NCBI GenBank assembly: GCA_036383875.1
Contig: DASVNL010000032.1
Span: 1-43,649 of the forward strand
DNA length: 43,649 nucleotides
Source of the DNA: Thermoanaerobaculia bacterium
GTDB lineage: Bacteria > Acidobacteriota > Thermoanaerobaculia > Gp7-AA8
Reading direction: 5' to 3'
The first letter of the stretch is position 1. The number at the start of each line of letters is the position of its first letter. Both the position numbers and the translations under genes were made by a program. Under the pieces are notes generated by a model. That model saw only the letters and a program-made list of their open reading frames with translations, was not told where the DNA came from and did not search any database. Below are positions 35,356 through 42,774 of the stretch, piece by piece.

Positions 35356-36126
35356 TCAGTTGCGCTGCAATTGTTCGATCGCGCGTCGCAACGCCGCGAT
35401 CTCTTCGCGCAGCTCGTTGTTGCTGTTCGTTTCTGCTTTCTGATCGGGCGACAGGAACCAGGTCGCGAGTCCCGCCGAGACGACGCCGAAGAGTCCGACG
35501 CCCGCAGTCATCAACAACGCGGCGACCATGCGTCCGGCGGTGGTCATTGGGAACTTGTCGCCGTACCCGACGGTCGTGATCGTGGTGATCGCCCACCAAA
35601 TCGCATCCTCGGCCGTCATGATGTTCCCGGTATTCGGATCTTCGAAATGCAAAACCGCAGTCGCGCCTGCGAATACGAGAACCACGGCGAGCAAGGTCGC
35701 GGCGAGCAATGTCGATTGTTTACGGCGACTGAGAATCGCAGTCGAGAGCACCCGCGCGGCACGAAGTCCGCGCAGCAATCGCGCGATGCGTGCGATGCGC
35801 GCAATGCGACCCCACCGCGCGACGTCGAGCATCGGAATTGACGAGAGCAGGTCGAGCCAGCCCCACGTGAGGAAATACTTCATCCGATTCGGCGCGCGCC
35901 ACAACGTGATCAGAAAATCGATCCCGAACGCGATGCAGATCGCCGTGTCCGCATACATCAACACGCCTTCAATCTGCGAGTCGTGATCGACCGCGTTCTG
36001 CGCGACCACGCCCGCAAGCGCGAGCACGCAAAGCGCGAGCATGAAGAGTTGATAAACCGGCATGGCGCTGCGCGCCGGTTGTGCTGGCGCCGAGGCGGCG
36101 GGAGTGGCAAGTGCGTCAGTGGACAT
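35356..36126 (-). CDS. voltage-sensor-containing K+ channel (6TM Kv/KvAP-like)
   Basis: 256 aa. The S4-like segment is RWGRIARIARIARLLRGLRAARV. The selectivity filter is TTVGYGD. A short C-terminal coiled coil is present. SD AAGGAG follows 12 nt after the caspase stop. Confidence 0.85.
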   Translation of the reverse strand: MSTDALATPAASAPAQPARSAMPVYQLFMLALCVLALAGVVAQNAVDHDSQIEGVLMYADTAICIAFGIDFLITLWRAPNRMKYFLTWGWLDLLSSIPMLDVARWGRIARIARIARLLRGLRAARVLSTAILSRRKQSTLLAATLLAVVLVFAGATAVLHFEDPNTGNIMTAEDAIWWAITTITTVGYGDKFPMTTAGRMVAALLMTAGVGLFGVVSAGLATWFLSPDQKAETNSNNELREEIAALRRAIEQLQRN

Positions 36127-36138
36127 GGCGGCTCCTTG

Positions 36139-37941
36139 TCAACGCCGTAGTTTACGCGGCGGCACGGATTCAAACGCCGCTCTTTCGATCGACCACGCGC
36201 TCGTCGTCAGCGTGCGGCCGGCGCGAATGCCATCCCAGTCGAGCACCGACGGATTCGGCAGCGGCTCTTCGGTCGACAAGAGAAAGAACAAATCGGCGCC
36301 ATACGGCGGCTTGACCTCGAAGACGGAGTTGTCGCCGAGGGTGATCGTGGATGCGATTTCACCAAGAGGAAAGCGATTCTCGACCGAGCCGTTGCTGCTT
36401 TGTGGGAACGCGAGAAAGCTTTTGCCGTGGCTGTCGATCACGAACGCGTAGTAGTAGCGTTTCGGCGCCCTGCGATTCGTGCCTTGCAATACGACGCGAT
36501 AGCGCTCGCCACCGATGAGCGTGTTGCCGGTGACGAGCGACCGATCGGCTTCGCGTTGCAGCGCGAGCCGGTACGGCGCGGCGGGCCCGGGCGGAGACTC
36601 GAGATTTCGCCAGCCGTGAATCTTGCGCAGCGTCAACGCGGACTCGCGCAGCGACGCACGGTTCGCAATCCACGCGCTTCGTTCATTTCGCGCGCCGGTG
36701 CGAATCCACGCGTGCTCTTGACCTTTGCTCGCGAGGATGTAGTCCGCGTCTGCCGCAGTTGCGACGATCTGGAAGCCGTCGCTGGAATCGATGATGCCGG
36801 TCAGCGGCGATTGCGACCACACGCGCAATGGTCGCGACGGAGGTGCGGCCCACGAGCTCACTTCGAGCATTGCGCCGGCGGTGACGCGGCCACGCTCGAT
36901 GCGCGCGACGCTGCGGTGAATGCCGAGGAGACGGGTGACGACGAGGCGGGACGCGTTGTCGCGCGTCTTGAGGATGCTGCCGATCGCGAGGCCGTTCGCC
37001 CAGCCGCCCTGCACGACGACGGTGCCGTTCGCATCGACGCGTTCGATCGCGACAACCGATTGTCGATCGCGAAGGTGGAGTCGCGTGTCGAGGAAGGGTC
37101 GATTGCGAGCGGCGCTCGTTCCCGCAAGCACGGGCTGCTGATCGGGATGCTCGGCGCGCATCCGCGCATGGGCGCGAAGGAACGTCTGTTGCGCGGACTC
37201 GTGCGGTGTCGCGTCGCGCAGAGCGTGCAGGAATGCCCACGTGAAGTCGCCGTGCAGTTCATCGTCGTCGCCCAACGATTCCCACGCGGTGCCATTGTCC
37301 TGTGCAGCCGCGATCACGAGCGCGCCGCGCGTTTCGGGTCGCGGGCCGTAGTCTGTGCGATCGCGCACGTCGGTGGTCGCGGGCTGAATGCTGCGCGTGC
37401 GAGGTGATCCGCGGAAGGACGAGCCGCTGTTGCAATGATCGAGGAGCAGCGTGAGGTGCGTCCCGCGATCGAGGATCGCGTTGAAGCGCGTGCGCAGTTC
37501 CTTGTCGCGAATGTCCGGCGCGCCGCGACGCGAGTCGGCGGGAACGATTGATTCGTCGAGCCGATCGAGTTCGTCGGACAGCGAATTGGGAATTTGCGAG
37601 CCGTGCCCGGCGAAGTAGAAGAACGCGACATCGCCTTTGCGTGACGCGTTCACGAGATCGTCGATGGCTCGCAGGATTGCGACGCGTGTCGCGCGTTGAT
37701 TGAGGAGCGTGACGACGTCGCCCGTCGCGAATCCGTATCGCGACGTCAATAGCTCGCGGAGCAATTGTGCGTCACGTGCCGCGCCACGGAGATCAGGCCA
37801 GCCGCGATGCTCGACGTTGCGTACTTTTGGGATGGTCGACGCGGTGTAATCGTCGATGCCGATGATCACCGCGCGTTTGCGAACTGTTTGCGCGTCCGCG
37901 GTCATCGCGATCAGGCAGGTGAATGCGAGAACGAATTTCAT
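36139..37941 (-). CDS. exported caspase-family (peptidase C14) protein with C-terminal DUF4384-like domain
   Basis: 600 aa from ATG 37941 (MKFVLAFTCLIAMTADAQ signal; ATGA overlap with the upstream gene stop). The dyad contexts are FFYFAGHGSQ and LLLDHCNSGS. The C-terminus YYYAFVIDSHGKSFLAFPQ...FEVKPPYGADLFFLLSTEEPL matches my memory of DUF4384. Confidence 0.75.
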   Translation of the reverse strand: MKFVLAFTCLIAMTADAQTVRKRAVIIGIDDYTASTIPKVRNVEHRGWPDLRGAARDAQLLRELLTSRYGFATGDVVTLLNQRATRVAILRAIDDLVNASRKGDVAFFYFAGHGSQIPNSLSDELDRLDESIVPADSRRGAPDIRDKELRTRFNAILDRGTHLTLLLDHCNSGSSFRGSPRTRSIQPATTDVRDRTDYGPRPETRGALVIAAAQDNGTAWESLGDDDELHGDFTWAFLHALRDATPHESAQQTFLRAHARMRAEHPDQQPVLAGTSAARNRPFLDTRLHLRDRQSVVAIERVDANGTVVVQGGWANGLAIGSILKTRDNASRLVVTRLLGIHRSVARIERGRVTAGAMLEVSSWAAPPSRPLRVWSQSPLTGIIDSSDGFQIVATAADADYILASKGQEHAWIRTGARNERSAWIANRASLRESALTLRKIHGWRNLESPPGPAAPYRLALQREADRSLVTGNTLIGGERYRVVLQGTNRRAPKRYYYAFVIDSHGKSFLAFPQSSNGSVENRFPLGEIASTITLGDNSVFEVKPPYGADLFFLLSTEEPLPNPSVLDWDGIRAGRTLTTSAWSIERAAFESVPPRKLRR

Positions 37942-38324
37942 GGCCACGATCCGCACGGTTCCAGCGACCGCGCTTCCTTTTCAGTCGTGGCGCCGTAAGT
38001 CCACAAACGTTCATTGACGTCTCGGTAGGTGACGGCGCGAAATCTACGGTCGGCGGCGAATTTCTGAATGCCGCCTTCGTAGACCTTGTATTTCGGCGAG
38101 CCGTATTGAAACGCCTCGACGATGTTGTCAGTCAGCGCTTGGCCGGTCTGCACGAGCAGCACCTGACAATCGTTGCCGGCGGCGTAACTACGGATGCTCC
38201 ACTTGGGGAATTGTCTGTAGCGTTCTGTGAGCTCATCCGACGCTTTGATGTGAGCCTCGGCGACAGGATCGGCATCGCAGGCCAGAAAGAGAGTGAGCAG
38301 AGTCATAGCGAGCAGGCGGTGCAT
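37938..38324 (-). CDS. small lipoprotein, unknown function
   Basis: 128 aa with the lipobox LTLFLAC. SD AGGAGG upstream of ATG 38324. Translationally coupled (ATGA) to the caspase gene. Confidence 0.6.
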   Translation of the reverse strand: MHRLLAMTLLTLFLACDADPVAEAHIKASDELTERYRQFPKWSIRSYAAGNDCQVLLVQTGQALTDNIVEAFQYGSPKYKVYEGGIQKFAADRRFRAVTYRDVNERLWTYGATTEKEARSLEPCGSWP

Positions 38325-38343
38325 GACGCCTCCTGATGAGAGA

Positions 38344-38373
38344 ACGGCTCGCCATCAAGCGATGGCGAGCCGT
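38344..38373 (-). other. perfect 13-bp stem / 4-nt loop intercistronic hairpin
   Basis: ACGGCTCGCCATC aagc GATGGCGAGCCGT lies between the stop at 38391 and the SD/ATG of the lipoprotein gene. No U-tract follows on the minus strand (tctctc). Confidence 0.6.
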
Positions 38374-38390
38374 CGAATGGAAGTGTGGGA

Positions 38391-39452
38391 TTACGGCCAG
38401 GTCGTCGGGGGACAGAGGGAGCGGTCGTACAGCGTCCGTCCGACATCGAAGCGCAGCGCGGTGAGCAGCGCCGACGCCGTCGTGCCCGAGGGGTGGATGC
38501 TCGACCACGTCACCTCGGGGACCTCGATTTCGCCGACCGCGCCTGCGCGCGGCACGAGGCGCTCCTCGCGCGCCGGCGGCTCTTCGAGCAACTCGTAATA
38601 CATCTCGAAGTGCTTGCCGGCCTGCGGGGCGTTGTTGTTCGACGACGCCGGCGGAACGAACGGCGGGAGATTCACGACCGCCACTTCGACCTTGCCCGAC
38701 ACGTCGGGAGAGAGCGTCATTGTGCGGCCGCCGCCGGCGTATTTCGATTCAACGAATTTCACGCTGTCGCCGGTCACAGTGATGTCGGCGCCGACCCACG
38801 TGGCCACGGCCTGAACGTAGGCGGAATTACTGCCGGTACCGTCGAGGCGATTGAAATGCACGGGCGTGACGTCACTGCCGATGCGCGCAATGCCGAACGT
38901 GTACAGATCGCCGGCGGACAGCTTGAAGCGCGCGGCGATGAGCTCCGGCGGGATCGTATCGAACACGTCGGCGTCGAGCGTGCAGCCGCCACCGCAGACG
39001 GTATTGAGGCTGGCGATCCAGGAGATGTCTTCACGCTCGCTGGTCGTCGTCGGGATGACTTTGGGATTGCCGTTGGTCGTGCCGCGCACGTTGTCGCGGA
39101 GATTGAAGGCTGGGAGATTGGCCGCGCCGGAGCTGGCTTTCTCGACAGTGATGTCGGAGCCGGCGATCAGCCATGCGCTGCCGTCGCCCAATGCGGTTTC
39201 GAGTGAGTCCACCGCGGTGGACGGCGTATCGCGGAAGGTGGTGTTGGCGATGGTGCTGTTGTTGGTGACGCAGTCGCCGGTGCAGTCGCCGGCACGCGCA
39301 TAAAGGATGGGCGTGTGGGCCTGCAGGGCGGCGCCGTCGGACGTGTGATAGTGATCGGCGTTGAGAAGCAGCACGGTCACTTCCGTGCCGTTCTCATTGG
39401 GGACGAAGGCCATCAGGCCGGTGAACAGAATTCTCAGGATGAAGGTGCTCAA
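38391..39452 (-). CDS. hypothetical protein, unknown family
   Basis: 353 aa from TTG 39452 (SD GGAGGA 8 nt upstream). Normal composition. It begins MSTFILRILFTGLMAFVPNENGTEVTVLLLNADHYH and contains Cys pairs GDCTGDC and CGGGC. It overlaps the CHAT 3' end by 59 nt. The track start (39500) is also possible. Confidence 0.55.
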   Translation of the reverse strand: MSTFILRILFTGLMAFVPNENGTEVTVLLLNADHYHTSDGAALQAHTPILYARAGDCTGDCVTNNSTIANTTFRDTPSTAVDSLETALGDGSAWLIAGSDITVEKASSGAANLPAFNLRDNVRGTTNGNPKVIPTTTSEREDISWIASLNTVCGGGCTLDADVFDTIPPELIAARFKLSAGDLYTFGIARIGSDVTPVHFNRLDGTGSNSAYVQAVATWVGADITVTGDSVKFVESKYAGGGRTMTLSPDVSGKVEVAVVNLPPFVPPASSNNNAPQAGKHFEMYYELLEEPPAREERLVPRAGAVGEIEVPEVTWSSIHPSGTTASALLTALRFDVGRTLYDRSLCPPTTWP

Positions 39453-42168
39453 TTTGTTTTTCCTCCAGTGCTGGTGTGGTGCCGTACGGCGAAGTCGCAA
39501 ATCCGACTGCCTGGAACGGGGCCCACACCATTGCTGACTTTCTCGGGAGCATTTCGAGCTGCGCCTTTCTCAGCGCCGCTGCCATATCGGCTCCTTCGCG
39601 ATAGTGACGATGAAATGACACGAACAGATCGTGTGCTGTGGCGTCATTCACCTTCCAAAGCGTGCCGACGATTCCCGGAACATTGGCCGCAACCAGCGGC
39701 CGCACTAGAGACGAGAGTCCTTCCGGCCCAATGGACTGGCCATCCGTGGTACTGCACGCGGCCAGAACGAAGAGACGAGTTTTTTCAAGGGTGTCGAAGT
39801 TGGCGAGCAGGCGCTCCGCCGTGAGCTTCCCCCGGTCTGCGCCCGAAGGAGCGAGCACCAGCATCGACTGCGAGGGCGCCGCGCTGTCGGATTTCGCGTG
39901 ACCGGCGAAATGAACAATGGAGCTTTGCCGCGCGTGCGACAGAAATTCGGGCACCGTAGCCTCGGTATCGACGAGCGATGTGACCGCGGAACCATAATAT
40001 TGGGCGAGACTCGCCGGCTCCATCCGGGCGTTCGGCAGCCGTCCCAGGCCGACGAAGTCCTCGAGTGAAAATGCCGGATCGCCGACGACCAGAACCTTGC
40101 CGTGGGGATCGCGGGGTAATTCCCGATCGCGCGCTACTGCATAGAAAAATAAAGACGCACTGCCGGCCACCGACACGGGACCCTTTTCGATCAGGTATCG
40201 ATTGGCGTCGTCCTTTAATGCCTCGAATGGCAGCGCGTGCATCGGCCCATCCGGGACGATGATGAAGCGAGGCATCGGGTGTTTGACCGACGTCAGTGCC
40301 GGCGCAAGAAGTCCGTCGTAGGGAGCGCGTAGTCCATCGTCGAAGCTCTGCTCATATCCATCCGCGATGGCGGCGTGAAGCGTCGCGACCCAAGCTTCGA
40401 TCTGTCCCCGCGTCGCGCGAAGTCTGAAGAGCTTGACGTCGTCACGCGAGATGAGCCACACGAAGGTGTGATTCTCCAGGACCAGATATTCGAGGATGTA
40501 CGTACCGGCAGGGAGGGACGTATGCGCGTCTTTCAGCTCGCGCAAAGACTCGATTTTGTGAAACCCGGCCGGCGGCGTCCGCGAGTGCAACGCGAGATAC
40601 ATTGGCTCGAACGCGCGCGCCTGTTCCGCCGAAACGAGAGCCGCCTCCGTCTCTTGCCGCGCGGCCTGCTTTTCGATCTGCGCGTGGTAATGCGACTGAA
40701 AGCGGGAGAAGTATGGCGTGGAGAATTCCTCGAACTTCCCGCGCTCACGCCCGCGCAGCAGCGCCTCCTGCTCTTTCCTCAGGACCTCCAACGCCGTGAC
40801 CACGTCCTTCTGTTCGCTCGCAGAGTCGCCGGCAAAACGATGTGCGGCTGAGCGTTTGAGGTAGAGGAGAAAGAGCCGCGTCGGATTTTCACCAGTAGCC
40901 GTGTCGATGGCTTTCGTGAAAATCTTTACTGCCTCGGCCGGCTTGCTCTTGGCGAGCAACTGCGCCTCGACTTCGTCGATCTCCGATCGCACCAGGTTGT
41001 ACGTTTCAGTACCCAGTTGAGCGGAGTCGAGCACGCGTTGGGCGAGGTCAATGTCGAGCGCAGCGTCGGCTTCGCGTCCCAGTTCGAGCTCGAGTGCGGC
41101 GCGTGCGCGCAGCGCGACGGCGTATTCCTGCTTAGGTTTGCTCGCACGCCCGGCTGGAGCCAGAGCGACGGCGCGCTTGATGTCCTCGACGGCGACTTCC
41201 TGATAGAGGAGCCCCAAGCGGGGATGGCCTTGCAATCGGAGAATCGTGGCGATTGAGCCGTAGGCGATGTGGCGCTCGCGAAGATCAGTGATTCGGGGGA
41301 AGAGGTCCACGATCCGTAACGCATCTTTCCACGCCAGGTCATCGCGACCGAGATACTGATGAGTCAGAATTCTTCGGCCAATGATGGATTGATACTGAAC
41401 GTTTGAGTCGCGCTCCAGTTCGTCAAAGTACGGTAAGGCTTGCAAGTACTCGCCCCGGAAGTTGTGAGACTCGGCGAGAAGTAGGGCGGCTCTGTACCGA
41501 AGCGACGGGTAGGTCGCCTTCATTGCGGCGTCGAATGCCGGCTTCAATCGTGCGATTGCCCCCGAATAATCTTGCATCGAATACAGCGCAAACCCGGTGT
41601 TGTAGTCGGACAACGCTTTCAACGGGCCACTGGAGGCAACAGGAGGATGCCCGATGACAAAGCCCGCAGCCAGGAGGTCACTCGGAAAGCGATCGCCATT
41701 TTCGGCGAATACGGTTGCAAGTAAAGGATTCGGATCCCCCAATTCGAAATAGGACGCGACGGGCGAAGGGAAGGCCTTGACGAATTGCTGCATCGTCGCG
41801 CGATCGCCTCTTTGAACGGCAGCTATAAACCGGTCGCGATCTGCGACGAGCGGCGGCGGGATGCTCAGCAATTCATCGCGACGCTTGCGGGCTTCGCGGC
41901 TCCATTCGCCCTCATTCATCTTTACGACGTTGTCGAACGTCGCGATGGCCAATCTGGTCAGGCCGAGCTCTTCCTGAATGACGGCCAATTTGTACTGCTT
42001 AGAAGGGGAACTGGGATCAGCGGCTACCTCGGCGGTGGCGAGTTCCCAGGCTCGCGGTAAATCTGCGGGCGGGGTTCGCCCCTTTTCGAATCGGGCCGTG
42101 TCTTCCTTTGTGCAGGCCGGCAAAAGGCTGCAGAGAGATAGAAGAATGCAAATGATTCTTTGTTTCAC
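39394..42168 (-). CDS. TPR-repeat + CHAT-domain (caspase-fold protease) lipoprotein
   Basis: 924 aa from GTG 42168 (VKQRIICILLSLCSLLPAC lipobox). The middle is a long TPR-like helical repeat region. The C-terminal CHAT contexts are IVHFAGHAKSD and LFVLAACSTTDG, ending VWAPFQAVG. The track ORF start (42444) would overlap the divergent sigma gene. Confidence 0.75.
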   Translation of the reverse strand: MKQRIICILLSLCSLLPACTKEDTARFEKGRTPPADLPRAWELATAEVAADPSSPSKQYKLAVIQEELGLTRLAIATFDNVVKMNEGEWSREARKRRDELLSIPPPLVADRDRFIAAVQRGDRATMQQFVKAFPSPVASYFELGDPNPLLATVFAENGDRFPSDLLAAGFVIGHPPVASSGPLKALSDYNTGFALYSMQDYSGAIARLKPAFDAAMKATYPSLRYRAALLLAESHNFRGEYLQALPYFDELERDSNVQYQSIIGRRILTHQYLGRDDLAWKDALRIVDLFPRITDLRERHIAYGSIATILRLQGHPRLGLLYQEVAVEDIKRAVALAPAGRASKPKQEYAVALRARAALELELGREADAALDIDLAQRVLDSAQLGTETYNLVRSEIDEVEAQLLAKSKPAEAVKIFTKAIDTATGENPTRLFLLYLKRSAAHRFAGDSASEQKDVVTALEVLRKEQEALLRGRERGKFEEFSTPYFSRFQSHYHAQIEKQAARQETEAALVSAEQARAFEPMYLALHSRTPPAGFHKIESLRELKDAHTSLPAGTYILEYLVLENHTFVWLISRDDVKLFRLRATRGQIEAWVATLHAAIADGYEQSFDDGLRAPYDGLLAPALTSVKHPMPRFIIVPDGPMHALPFEALKDDANRYLIEKGPVSVAGSASLFFYAVARDRELPRDPHGKVLVVGDPAFSLEDFVGLGRLPNARMEPASLAQYYGSAVTSLVDTEATVPEFLSHARQSSIVHFAGHAKSDSAAPSQSMLVLAPSGADRGKLTAERLLANFDTLEKTRLFVLAACSTTDGQSIGPEGLSSLVRPLVAANVPGIVGTLWKVNDATAHDLFVSFHRHYREGADMAAALRKAQLEMLPRKSAMVWAPFQAVGFATSPYGTTPALEEKQIEHLHPENSVHRPDGLRPQ

Positions 42169-42210
42169 GCATTCACTAAGATACGCGCTTCGCGCGATCG
42201 GAGACGAATC

Positions 42211-42774
42211 ATGACCAATCAGAACGGCGGCGGTGGCGGCGACGATCTGTTCCGGTCTCTGTACAAACGCTATTACCAGCGCATGCGTCGCTTTTTTCGA
42301 AGCGTCTTCAAAGTTTCGGAAGAAGATGCAGAGGAATTGACACAGGACGCATTCGTCCGGTTTTTCAAAGCCATCCGTGAATATCGCGGCGACGCTGAGT
42401 GGGCGTTTCTCGAGGCCATCGCGCGCAACGTCGGATACAACCACATCCGCTCACTGTCTACACAGCGACGCGGAAGTGTCCGGCCGGTTTCGTTGGACGA
42501 TCCCGCGGCTGGGTTCCAGGCGCCGCGCGCGTTGGTCACCGACCCGATCGACAGCATGATCGAAGGCGAGCGGCGGCAACGGTTGCGCGAGGCGATCACG
42601 AAATTGCCGAAGGGCCAGCGCGAGGCGTTGCAGTGGTGGCTGGATGGGCTTTCATACGAAGAGATCGCACGATTGCTGCGAAGCTCGGTCGACGCGGTGA
42701 AGTCGCGCATCCGCGATGGCAAACGGTTGTTGCGCGAGCGGCTTGGAGTCGCTGACCCGGAGGATGAGTCATGA
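42211..42774 (+). CDS. ECF-type RNA polymerase sigma-70 factor
   Basis: 187 aa from ATG 42211 (SD GGAGA). The region 2-like sequence is EDAEELTQDAFVRFFKAIREYRGD. The region 4 HTH is LPKGQREALQWWLDGLSYEEIARLLRSSVDAVKSRIRDGKRLLRERL. Confidence 0.85.
   Translation: MTNQNGGGGGDDLFRSLYKRYYQRMRRFFRSVFKVSEEDAEELTQDAFVRFFKAIREYRGDAEWAFLEAIARNVGYNHIRSLSTQRRGSVRPVSLDDPAAGFQAPRALVTDPIDSMIEGERRQRLREAITKLPKGQREALQWWLDGLSYEEIARLLRSSVDAVKSRIRDGKRLLRERLGVADPEDES

Noticed and set aside
35349-35358. The palindrome TGACGCGTCA contains the stop codons of both convergent genes (the tubulin paralogue and the K+ channel).
   Set aside because: A 10-bp palindrome generated by two facing TGA codons around CGCG is likely incidental. 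There is no stem long enough to act as a terminator.
42221-42255. Possible ECF-type promoter on the minus strand upstream of the CHAT gene (GGAAC ... CGTTCT).
   Set aside because: I counted the spacer between the GGAAC and CGTT elements at 22 nt, well outside the 16-17 nt typical of ECF promoters. It is probably chance within the Gly-rich coding sequence.
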